Part shown: positions 33,981 to 43,350 of the stretch, in pieces
Layout: each line of letters begins with the position of its first letter
Numbering within the stretch: position 1 is the stretch's first letter
Origin: Candidatus Parcubacteria bacterium
GTDB taxonomy: Bacteria; Patescibacteriota; Minisyncoccia; UBA6257; HR35
Length of the DNA stretch: 64,000 bases
Assembly: GCA_025999335.1 (NCBI GenBank)
Contig: AP024681.1
Location: 523,547 to 587,546 of the forward strand
Direction: 5' to 3'
Translations under genes and position numbers: made by a program
The notes under the pieces: generated by a model
The model's input: only the letters and a program-made list of their open reading frames with translations
The model's database searches: none
Told to the model about the DNA's origin: nothing

Positions 33981-35924
33981 TTAGAACTGAATGTCTAAAA
34001 TTGATAAACTCTCTTTACTCGATACTTCTGCATCTTCACTCTTTTCGTTTAAAAACCAACGATATGTAGCTCCCTTTTTATTTTCTTTTGGGTTTCTGCA
34101 AATTGAACCCTTATCATAAAGGCGGTCTAATGAAGCTTTTAGTTTTTTTCTTGTTATTTTGATTCCTTCATTCTCGAGTTCTTCTTTTATTGCGCTATAG
34201 ATTTCTGATGTTGTTAGCTCTTTTCCAGAATTTTCCTGTAAAAAATTAATTACAGCTTCTTCAATTAAAATGTTTTCTTCTTCAGAGATGTTAATTGATT
34301 TCAATTTCCCATTTTCGTCGAATTCATAAACAAGCTCTTTTGGTTCAATTATTCTTCCCTGCGATCTTAAAATTCTTCTTTTTTTATTATTTTCATGAAT
34401 GTTTAGGGTAATAAGAATGTCAAACATACCAGCGAGTGCGTGTGTTCCTGCAATTGACTTAATCCCTTGTTCGCTTTTGATCGTATGATGCAGTACAATT
34501 AGCGTTGTCCTTCTTTCTTGAAGAAATCTCAAAAAATTTAGCAATAAATTGCTTACTTCACTAGCAGAGGTTTCGTCTCTAATGTCATTACCAACGATAC
34601 TTCTTAGAGTATCTATAATCAAGATATCGGGGCTTAAATTTTTCACAATCTCATTAACTCCTTCAATCCCTAACGCTAATGCTGGTAGTATCAAAAGATT
34701 CTCCTTAATCTTTTCGAAATCCAAGCCTTCAAATAGACCAAACTCTTCATAATTTTTGATTCTTTTCTTCCATAAACTTTTAGATTCTTCTGAGAGATAT
34801 AGAATTTTATAATTTTCAGCCCATCCTAAACAATTTCTAAAAATAAGCTCTGTTTTTCCAGTTTTAGGATACGCAGAAAGAATATGCGTCCACCCCTTAA
34901 CAATAAACCCATTTTCTCCAATTAAGGGTATGAACTCTAGTTGATCTTCTGTTTCGCTTAAGAGATCATCGATAGTAAAGAAGCCCTTCTTTAATTTTTC
35001 GATATAGTCATAATTTAATGTTTTTAAATCACCGCCCTGTTGGTAAAATTCGGTGACATCTTTCCCGCAGGGGAGATTTATTATATAAACATCGCTCACT
35101 GAAAGGCTTAATTTGTTTATTAGATTATTCAACCAAGTTTTTCCAGTCTCATCACGGTCTGGAATAAGAAAAATTTTCTTAAACCTCCTAATTATATCAA
35201 CCCATTCATCAAGCCATTTAGTTGTTCCGCCTCCTGCGATTGTCAGGACGTTGAAACCTTCTTGATTCAGTAAAATAGCATCCAATTCTCCTTCTACCAG
35301 ATATATTTCTTCCTTTTCAAAGTCAACACAGTTAATTGGAAATAAAGTTTTCTTTGTTCCCGATCTTAACCACTTATACTTTTCCAGGTTTGGATTTTCC
35401 TTTAAGGGATCACGCCTGATTTTATAGTTTACAATTTTTCCGCTTTCGTCAAAAATTGGGATCCCAATCCAATAATTTCCTTTTTTATCTTTAAAACAAC
35501 TAAAACCAAATTTAGCAATAGTTTCATCAGTTAGTTTTCTTTTCTTTAACCAATCCTTTAGCTCTTCCGTTAAATCAATCAATTTATAAAACCCTTCACT
35601 AGCTGCCTCTTCTGTTTTTTCTTCAATATCATCAATTTCTCTTAAATAATGTTTTTTTAGATACCTAATGGCATCTTTGGTTGTTAAATTATGACAAATT
35701 TTAATGAAAGAAATAACATTTCCGCCTTTTCCGCAACCAAAGCAATACCAACTATTGGTTTTAGGATATATAGTAAATGAAGGATGGTTATCGTTATGAA
35801 AAGGACATTTTATTTGAGGTGTTCTTCTATTAGGAATTGCAATATCAGTTTCTCTTTGAATTACTTCTTTAATATCGAGATTATTTATTTTTTCAAATAT
35901 GTTATAATTATTTTGTAAAGACAT
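33981..35924 (-). CDS. Bifunctional phage/plasmid-type primase-helicase (zf-CHC2 + Toprim primase fused to a RepA/DnaB-like P-loop ATPase)
   Basis: CHC2 zinc finger (CPFHNDNHPSFTIY...WYCFGCGKGGNVISF). Toprim (LVEGELDAILL). Walker A (AYPKTGKTEL) and Walker B (ILIIDTL) motifs. Confidence 0.75.
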   Translation of the reverse strand: MSLQNNYNIFEKINNLDIKEVIQRETDIAIPNRRTPQIKCPFHNDNHPSFTIYPKTNSWYCFGCGKGGNVISFIKICHNLTTKDAIRYLKKHYLREIDDIEEKTEEAASEGFYKLIDLTEELKDWLKKRKLTDETIAKFGFSCFKDKKGNYWIGIPIFDESGKIVNYKIRRDPLKENPNLEKYKWLRSGTKKTLFPINCVDFEKEEIYLVEGELDAILLNQEGFNVLTIAGGGTTKWLDEWVDIIRRFKKIFLIPDRDETGKTWLNNLINKLSLSVSDVYIINLPCGKDVTEFYQQGGDLKTLNYDYIEKLKKGFFTIDDLLSETEDQLEFIPLIGENGFIVKGWTHILSAYPKTGKTELIFRNCLGWAENYKILYLSEESKSLWKKRIKNYEEFGLFEGLDFEKIKENLLILPALALGIEGVNEIVKNLSPDILIIDTLRSIVGNDIRDETSASEVSNLLLNFLRFLQERRTTLIVLHHTIKSEQGIKSIAGTHALAGMFDILITLNIHENNKKRRILRSQGRIIEPKELVYEFDENGKLKSINISEEENILIEEAVINFLQENSGKELTTSEIYSAIKEELENEGIKITRKKLKASLDRLYDKGSICRNPKENKKGATYRWFLNEKSEDAEVSSKESLSILDIQF

Positions 35925-35976
35925 TTTGTATCATAAAGCCTCGCTACTCTAAAAAGATAGCGGGGCTTTTTCTTTT

Positions 35977-36150
35977 TTAATTTTGACCTTTAAGATGTTT
36001 AAGTACTTCTTCAATATCAAATCTTCTAATACTTCTTTCGTAACTTCTGATTGATTTCAGAACACCCATCTTCTCCCACCTTCTTAAAGTCTGTGGATGC
36101 ACGTTTAGGATTTTTGCAAGCTCTCCAATCTTGATAAATTTTTTCTCCAT
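35977..36150 (-). CDS. MerR/excisionase-family HTH protein, 57 aa. Candidate Xis or regulator.
   Basis: The reverse complement translates to MEKKFIKIGELAKILNVHPQTLRRWEKMGVLKSIRSYERSIRRFDIEEVLKHLKGQN. The I.ELA..L.V...TLRRWE..G.L pattern is the Xis/MerR HTH_17 signature. Not in the track because it is under 60 aa. It overlaps track ORF 36026-36313 in another frame. Confidence 0.5.
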   Translation of the reverse strand: MEKKFIKIGELAKILNVHPQTLRRWEKMGVLKSIRSYERSIRRFDIEEVLKHLKGQN

Positions 36151-36515
36151 TTTTTGCTTTATTTTTTAATGATCGACCTTTAATTTTTTCAAAATTGAAA
36201 ATAACTTTATAAAGCTCCAAAATTTTTATTTTCTGTCTTAAAACTTCATCTTCTTTTAGCTTCAAGCCCGTTTCTTTGAATGCCTTTTCAAATTCTTTTA
36301 AATCTCTTTCCATTTCTCTTAAATTCTTACATTTGCTATAGGGGGAGTAAGGGAGATTTTTTTAAATATTTACTCTCACCATAGCTAAAAAATGTAGAAA
36401 AAATTAGGCAAAATAAAAAAGGAGTCTAATTAGCCTTCTTAAATTTCTAGCTCTTGACAAGGTTTAATCAAAGCAAACAAATCTTATTAGTACTGTTGTT
36501 TTTTTATTAATTTTT

Positions 36516-38159
36516 CTAAAAACTTTTAACTGCTTTTATAAAATCTCTGTAATCCTCTTTATTAACACTCCCCAATTTTAAAAGAGAACATAGCTCATTT
36601 AACGCTCGCCATGATTTTTGAGATTTTTCTAATATTTTCAGTATTATTTCCTTTAACTGAGGTAAATCATCGAGAGCATCAGCCAACATCCATAACAAAT
36701 GAATTTTTTCTCCCTCGAATGGAGTCATATTTTGATCTGCAAAAACATCTGAATAATTGCTTTCAAACTTTTCTACAAAAATAATAGCCTCTTTTATCGA
36801 CTGAAATTCTGATAAAATTTTTGATTTAAGATCTTTTAATTCTTGCCTGTTTTTATTTAAGTGCCTTTGTCTTGTTCTAATTTCCTGTTGATTTCTTGTA
36901 TGAATAGGTGGGTTAACTTTTACTATACCACTTTTTACATAGTTAATTAATTGAGATTGTTTTTTAAGTTCTTTTATTTCTTTCTTCCCATTTTTAATCA
37001 GGCTATTAAATCTCATAAACAGTCTTATAGTGTGCCTCAACTCATATTCTTTAGAATTTTTTATCTCTAAAATAGTTTTTAATCTTTTTCTGAATTCATT
37101 GTTTTCAGTTAATAGATAGCAAAGAACCCTTTTAGTATATGTTTTTTCGTCTTTAAATACTTTTTTGTTTTTTATCCGTTCCCTCATATATAGCCTCCAA
37201 TCATCAGGGTTGAACTCATCATAAAAAACATAATTTTTTAGCAAAGAACCATAAATATCAGGAATTTTGAATTTTTCAATAAAGTTTTTGGTAATTATTT
37301 TATAAGGGACAATCCTGTTTTCTTTATAAGAGACCTCTAATAAAGCTAAATAACCATAAACATCTTCCGTGTTAATTTGTTGTCCCTTAAGTATGTTGAA
37401 GTTTGTAAGATTATCAATATAAACGAAAGTTTCGCTTAATGGAATTTCTAAAATGTTTCTAATTTTCCCTGCATTCTTTAATTTCTGGTTGTTATTCAGT
37501 TCATTAATTTTCTTTTCTAATATTTCTAATGTCCAAAACCTATAATCTCTAAAAACTTTTTCTAAAGAAAAATTTTCGTCTAATTTCTTATATTTTTCTT
37601 CAATTTTCTTTCTTAAATTTAAAAAATCTTGAACATTAATTTTATATTTTTTTCGAAACTTTGCTACCTCTTTTTTGAAATTGTCTAAATTATTAAAATC
37701 CCAGTAAGATAAATATCCATCAAAATAAAGAAGTAATTTTTCCTGAATTATTTCGAATTTATCTAAAGTAGCAGCTTTTTTAAAAAGACTAACTACTTCA
37801 TTCTCATTATTTTTTAAGTAATTTCTAATCACCCCCACAGCATCTCCAATTTTTTCATCTACATATTCCGTCTCTTCTTTTTTTCTAAAAAATTTTTCTG
37901 TATGACTTAACTCCCCGCCAATTTCTTTTATTTCATAATCTAAATCGAAACCGCATTTTTCTAAGAAAAAATTGGATGTTAAATAATCGATAATGTAATC
38001 CACTTGATCTTCTCTTAACTTTATTTCCTTCAATTCTTTAGGGTAAATAGGAAAATAATAAATATCATCAGGTAGTTTTTCGAATAATCTATAACCATTT
38101 CCGCTTTTCAATTGCTCTTTAATACCATTTTTAATTTTCTCTACTAGATTTTTTATCAT
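36516..38159 (-). CDS. Hypothetical 547-aa protein of unknown function. Island cargo.
   Basis: Long uninterrupted ORF, Lys/Glu/Asn-rich. I could not recognise any Walker, nuclease, HTH or transmembrane motif. Confidence 0.4.
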   Translation of the reverse strand: MIKNLVEKIKNGIKEQLKSGNGYRLFEKLPDDIYYFPIYPKELKEIKLREDQVDYIIDYLTSNFFLEKCGFDLDYEIKEIGGELSHTEKFFRKKEETEYVDEKIGDAVGVIRNYLKNNENEVVSLFKKAATLDKFEIIQEKLLLYFDGYLSYWDFNNLDNFKKEVAKFRKKYKINVQDFLNLRKKIEEKYKKLDENFSLEKVFRDYRFWTLEILEKKINELNNNQKLKNAGKIRNILEIPLSETFVYIDNLTNFNILKGQQINTEDVYGYLALLEVSYKENRIVPYKIITKNFIEKFKIPDIYGSLLKNYVFYDEFNPDDWRLYMRERIKNKKVFKDEKTYTKRVLCYLLTENNEFRKRLKTILEIKNSKEYELRHTIRLFMRFNSLIKNGKKEIKELKKQSQLINYVKSGIVKVNPPIHTRNQQEIRTRQRHLNKNRQELKDLKSKILSEFQSIKEAIIFVEKFESNYSDVFADQNMTPFEGEKIHLLWMLADALDDLPQLKEIILKILEKSQKSWRALNELCSLLKLGSVNKEDYRDFIKAVKSF

Positions 38160-38940
38160 TTTTGCTAAAATTTTATATTTCCTTATTAAAAAGTCAACTC
38201 TTAATTAAATTTTACCTAAAAGTTATAAAGCTTAAACCTTTTTAAAAGCTTACGGGCTTAAATGTATTTTGTGAAAATTTAAAAATTCCGCAGATTTTAC
38301 AAAAATTAAAAATCTTTATTATATTCACCACGAAGTCTATTCCTTGCTTTAAAAATAACTCCCTGTACCCCTCCCCTGGCTATGTTTAAACAAGCGCTCT
38401 TTACCACTATAGTTTCACTTTTTACTTTTTAAGTCATTCCATTATCTAACAAGAAGGAGATAATTTTTAAAGCAGAAATTTTTACTATAAAACACCATAA
38501 CACCATAACACTAAATTCTACAATCTGAATATTTAAATTAAATTTCAAAAATCCTCTCAAAAAACTAAGATTCCAAGCATAATTAAACCCTAAATTCCTT
38601 AAACAAAATTCACAATTTTTGATAAAATTTAATTAATAAAGGCTGAGAACAATGGTTGATAAAAATAATAAAAAGAATGATAAAAAATTTGTAGAGTTGA
38701 TCTGGCATGGAAAATATAAAGAATTTAATTTGAAAGATAAAATTTCTATCGAGAGACCAAATCTGCCGTTCCAGTTTATAGAAACAATTAATGAACCTAT
38801 ATAAATATGGAACAGCTTAAATATTTTCTAAATTAATTAAATTATACATAGCAACAGTTAGGTTATGAACAAGTTACTAGAAATTCGCATAAATTGCCCT
38901 AAGGAATATTTAAAAATAAATTAAAAAATAATGTTAAAAA

Positions 38941-41685
38941 ATGAGAAACTCGACAAACAATTGGAAGACGGTAGTATTAAAAAAGTTTGAGGAACTAGAT
39001 TATAAGAAAGAGATTCTTACAATTTTTGATGAAAGAACCAAAAAGATAGATTTTTCAAGTTGTATTAAGCAACATCAAAAACAGAACTTCGAAGACGAAG
39101 CTTACATAAGAGCCTATCTTGTTTTGAGACTCATAAAAGAGCTTAATTATCCATGTGAAGTGATAGAGTTAGAAAAAAAATATTCCATAGGTCATCCTTC
39201 TAAAAAAGAAGCCCGTTTAGATATTCTTGTTAAGACTAAAAGAGGAAATCCATTCATGTTATTAGAGTGCAAAACCCCAGATAACTTTATCAAAGAAAAA
39301 GATGATGCTCTAGAAAATCAACTTTTTGCAATTGCTAAGCACGAAATAAGAGGCGAAATAAAACCAAAATACTTAGTCTTATATACAATAGATATTGAAA
39401 ATGGAAAAGTTTTAGATAGAGCAATTATAATAGATTTCGAACAATACTCAACTTATGAAGATTGGAAAGAAGCAGGAGAATCTTCCTTGGATGAGATACC
39501 AGCAGATTATGGTATAGCAAAAAAATATACGTATGCCAACATAGAAAGACCAAATCCAAATGGTGGTTTAAAACCCCTAAGAAAAGATTATACTCTTGCA
39601 GATTTTGAAAAGCTAAGAGTAGATCTACATAACAAATTATGGGCTGGAGGTGAGGCTGATTACAACGATATCTTCTATCATCTAATAAAGATAATGCTCG
39701 TTAAAATATATGATGAGTTATTTACGCCCGAAGGAGGAATTTATGACTTTCAAATATTTTATAAGAATGGTGAACCAGAAACCCCAGAGGAACTAGCAGA
39801 AAGATTAGAAAAGAAATACAAAATCGCTTTAAAAGAACTTTTAAACTATGATGATGAAAAAATAAAGGAAATACCTTTGATTGAGAGAGATAAATTTACT
39901 TATGAAAAGTTATTCTATGCCGTAGAGAAACTCCAAGAAATTTCTTTAACAGAAAATATTCATAGCAAAGGAGAAGATGTTTTGGGCTTATTCTTTGAAA
40001 GCATATTACAAAACGAATTTAAACAAAGTAAAGGACAGTATTTCACTCATAAGAATATTGTAAGATTTTTAATTTATGCATTAGAATTAGATAAATTAGC
40101 GATAGACAAGTTGAATCAAACATATCCACACTTTCCATACATTATAGACCCTGCTGCTGGTAGTGGCACATTTCTTGTTGAAGCAATGAAAATTATTACA
40201 AAAGAAGTGTTGAGAAATAAAGATAAATTAAAACTTACTAGATCTTTAAAAGAAAAAATAAAGGACTTAGAAGACCCTAATAGGAAACATCGTTGGGCAG
40301 AAGATTATATTTATGGAATTGAGCCGAACGCCCGTTTAGGTTTAGCAACCAAACTAAACATGATTCTGCATGGCGATGGAAACATGAATATTTTTATTGA
40401 AGATGGTCTAATGCCTTTCAAAATAAAAGATGAAGCGTTTTACACGAGAAAGTGGAAAGGGAAGGATGTTGGTTTGTTGGCTGAGGGTGAAAATACGAGT
40501 ATTTACCCAAAACCAATAAATGGACGTTTTGATGTGGTACTATCAAACCCGCCTTTCTCTATGAAAATTGAGGCGATGAAAGCTTATAGGTACATAAAAG
40601 ATACCTTTGTTTTTTACGATAAGAAAAATTCAGAAAACTTATTTATAGAAAGATGGTTCCAGTTATTAGCCCCCAAAGGAAGATTAGGTGTTGTCTTGCC
40701 AGAAAGTGTTTTTGATACTAAAGAAAACCTATATATCAGGAATTTTCTTTATAAGTATTTCAAAATAAAGGCTATCATCAGCCTGCCTAAGGAAGCTTTT
40801 GAACCTTACACATCAACGAAGGTTAGTTTGTTAATTGCAGAAAAGAAAACCGATGAAGAAATTAAAGCATGGGAGGATAAATGGAGAGAGTATGCAAACA
40901 AATACAATAAATTAAGAAATTCAGAAATAATCCGGTTTTTCATAGAGAACGATAAAATTCTTAACTCTTTCAGAACACTTTTGGACAAACATAATATTGA
41001 AATAGATTATTCAAAAGTTTTGGTTCATGACTTGTTGGATGATAATTTGAAAGGTGAAATTGAAGCAAAAATATTACAAAATGATAAAAATAAATTTAAG
41101 GATTTGGTAAAGAAAATAAAATACTTTAAAGATAAATATAAACTGGACGAGTTAGATACTGAAGAAAATAAGAAAATTCTGAAGGAATTTCTGAAACAAT
41201 TTTATCCACAAGAGCAAGAGCTTAAGAGTTTTAAAGAACTCTTAGAATATGTTTATGATGATGTTCTGGAAATAGCCACTTTGGACTATCCACAAATTGA
41301 AGGGCAAAACAATTACTGTAATAGCTGGTGGGTTTTTGGAGAGGTATCTAAGCACTTTAATTATTCGATATTCTACGCTGAAGTTGAAAACATTGGGTAT
41401 AAGAGAACAAAGAGGGGCGAACAAGACAAAGACATTCCAATAAAAGATGAAAATGGAAATATCATCGCTTTTAAAAACGATTTCTTTAAAGTTAAAGCCG
41501 AGAAAGTGAAGAGAACATATTGGGTTAAGAAAGGGGATAAAGTAGTTCAGGAAGAAAAAGAGGAAATTATCAAAACCGACATAATAATAGATACAGAAAA
41601 TCCTGAAACTGTGCTTGACCATATAAGAAGTGCAAACATTTGGTCAGAAAATTCCAATTTTAATTTTGAGGTGAAAGAAAAATGA
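38941..41685 (+). CDS. Fused restriction endonuclease / N6-adenine DNA methyltransferase (Type IIG/IIB, BcgI-A-like)
   Basis: The N-terminal HSDR_N-like PD-(D/E)xK domain has RLDILVKTKRGNPFMLLECK. The central gamma-class MTase has motif X (GQYFTHKNIV), motif I (IDPAAGSGTFLVEA) and motif IV (VLSNPPFS). The C-terminal ~350 aa is helical and of unknown role. Confidence 0.7.
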   Translation: MRNSTNNWKTVVLKKFEELDYKKEILTIFDERTKKIDFSSCIKQHQKQNFEDEAYIRAYLVLRLIKELNYPCEVIELEKKYSIGHPSKKEARLDILVKTKRGNPFMLLECKTPDNFIKEKDDALENQLFAIAKHEIRGEIKPKYLVLYTIDIENGKVLDRAIIIDFEQYSTYEDWKEAGESSLDEIPADYGIAKKYTYANIERPNPNGGLKPLRKDYTLADFEKLRVDLHNKLWAGGEADYNDIFYHLIKIMLVKIYDELFTPEGGIYDFQIFYKNGEPETPEELAERLEKKYKIALKELLNYDDEKIKEIPLIERDKFTYEKLFYAVEKLQEISLTENIHSKGEDVLGLFFESILQNEFKQSKGQYFTHKNIVRFLIYALELDKLAIDKLNQTYPHFPYIIDPAAGSGTFLVEAMKIITKEVLRNKDKLKLTRSLKEKIKDLEDPNRKHRWAEDYIYGIEPNARLGLATKLNMILHGDGNMNIFIEDGLMPFKIKDEAFYTRKWKGKDVGLLAEGENTSIYPKPINGRFDVVLSNPPFSMKIEAMKAYRYIKDTFVFYDKKNSENLFIERWFQLLAPKGRLGVVLPESVFDTKENLYIRNFLYKYFKIKAIISLPKEAFEPYTSTKVSLLIAEKKTDEEIKAWEDKWREYANKYNKLRNSEIIRFFIENDKILNSFRTLLDKHNIEIDYSKVLVHDLLDDNLKGEIEAKILQNDKNKFKDLVKKIKYFKDKYKLDELDTEENKKILKEFLKQFYPQEQELKSFKELLEYVYDDVLEIATLDYPQIEGQNNYCNSWWVFGEVSKHFNYSIFYAEVENIGYKRTKRGEQDKDIPIKDENGNIIAFKNDFFKVKAEKVKRTYWVKKGDKVVQEEKEEIIKTDIIIDTENPETVLDHIRSANIWSENSNFNFEVKEK

Positions 41686-43076
41686 AAGTACAAAATATTA
41701 CTTTACAAAATATTTCTCGGAATTACTATCTGCGTTTAGATTATAAAATTAATGCGTATCATTCTCATATTAGAAAAGATTATAAAAATGGTTGGAAAGT
41801 AAAGGACTTCCTTAAAATTATCAAGGCAAATCAAACAAAACCAGAAAACTTTGATGAAGGATATTTAATAGAATTAGAACATATTTTAAGCGGAGATGTG
41901 GAATTGAATAATGTTAAAAAAGTTAATGAGATTGGTTCAGATAAAGTTATTCTTAATCAAGCTAATTTTGCTTATTGTAAACTGGAAACAGGTAAAGGCT
42001 ATTTTATAGCTCTTCCTGAGGACATTCCTGATTATGATGGTGTATCATTAATTGTTGGGTCTACAGAGCTAGTACCATGTAGAGTAAGCATTAATAACAA
42101 AATTGCGAAATATTATCTTACACACTTTAAAGAAATTTTTAATATGTTCCTTTCTGGAAAAACGCATAGAAGGATACATGAAATAGAATTCTTAAATATA
42201 GAACTTCCAAAAATAAAAATTAGCAATACTCTATTGGATAAGATAATTTCAATTGAGAAAGAAATCTCTAAACTTAAAACTCAAATCAAGGAACCTAAAA
42301 TTATTGTAGATGAAGTTTTCAGCAAATACTTTAAACTTGATCTGAAACAATATTCAAATTTAGAAAAGAAACATATATTTGGAGAAGATTTGTTTAACTT
42401 ATCTAAATCTGCACAACTCAGGAGTTCTCTAAAGTTTCATCATCCAAAATTTGATTTTGTTTTGAAAAAAATAAAAGAGTTCAAAACTGTAAAACTGAAA
42501 CAATTACTGAAAGAACCTGTAAGAAGAGGCGTTCAACCAGAATATGAAGAAGAAGGGGGAATCCTCGTAATAAAAACTATTAATGTAAATAAAGAAGGAT
42601 ACATTGATTTAACCGAAACCGAATTTGTTAGTGATGAGTTTTATAACAAAGTAAAAAAGAAGGCAGGAATTCAACAAGGAGACATTCTTATAACATCTAC
42701 AGGCGAAGGACGGGGGAAGGTAAGCTTATATGACTTAGATGAACCCGCAATTATAGATACTCACATATCAATAGTCAGGTGCAAAGAAGATGTGAATAAA
42801 AAATATTTAACCTACTTTTTGCTATCAAGTATGGGAGAGAACCAATTAAGTATTTTAGAGCAAGCCATTAAAGGAACCCCAGAAATTTATCCACGAGAAA
42901 TAGAAAAACTTATTGTAATCTATCCTCCCTCTGAAATTCAGAACAAAATAGTTGAAGAAATAGAGACAAAACTTAACGAACAAAGAAAAATTACCAGGCA
43001 AATAGAGAAACTAAAACAAGAAATAGATAAACTGATAGAAAAAGCAATTTTGGATAACAAACTAAAAAATGATTAA
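41682..43076 (+). CDS. Restriction-modification specificity (HsdS-like) subunit with two target-recognition domains
   Basis: The ATGA start/stop overlap with the upstream R-M gene suggests translational coupling. It is 464 aa with two variable halves separated and followed by conserved coiled-coil spacers (…ISKLKTQIKEP… and …ITRQIEKLKQEIDKLIEKAI…), as in Methylase_S. Confidence 0.6.
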   Translation: MKVQNITLQNISRNYYLRLDYKINAYHSHIRKDYKNGWKVKDFLKIIKANQTKPENFDEGYLIELEHILSGDVELNNVKKVNEIGSDKVILNQANFAYCKLETGKGYFIALPEDIPDYDGVSLIVGSTELVPCRVSINNKIAKYYLTHFKEIFNMFLSGKTHRRIHEIEFLNIELPKIKISNTLLDKIISIEKEISKLKTQIKEPKIIVDEVFSKYFKLDLKQYSNLEKKHIFGEDLFNLSKSAQLRSSLKFHHPKFDFVLKKIKEFKTVKLKQLLKEPVRRGVQPEYEEEGGILVIKTINVNKEGYIDLTETEFVSDEFYNKVKKKAGIQQGDILITSTGEGRGKVSLYDLDEPAIIDTHISIVRCKEDVNKKYLTYFLLSSMGENQLSILEQAIKGTPEIYPREIEKLIVIYPPSEIQNKIVEEIETKLNEQRKITRQIEKLKQEIDKLIEKAILDNKLKND

Positions 43077-43350
43077 GACTCTTGGGCGCGTGCGGGACTT
43101 TTTATTTAATTTTGTGAAGTTTATTTTTACAGTTCGCTAATAAACGAATATCTGATTCAAGCTTTTAGTCTTAGGTAAAATTATTCTAGAAATTTTAAAC
43201 ATTAATAATATTATTAAGTTGAAAGTAAAGAAGATGTCGAGAAGTCTAAAAGAAGGTTTTAATATCGCAAAACAACCCCAGCTGTATTCCTTATCTTCAA
43301 TTTCACTTTCCATTCTGTTTGTTTTATAATATTTTCAAGAGTTCGAATAA

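Noticed and set aside
36026-36313. The 95-aa minus-strand ORF from the track
   Set aside because: Its 3' portion overlaps, in another frame, a 57-aa ORF (35977-36150) with a clear MerR/Xis-type HTH signature (…TLRRWEKMG…). I favour the HTH frame. The upstream ~55 codons of the 95-aa ORF may or may not be a separate small gene.
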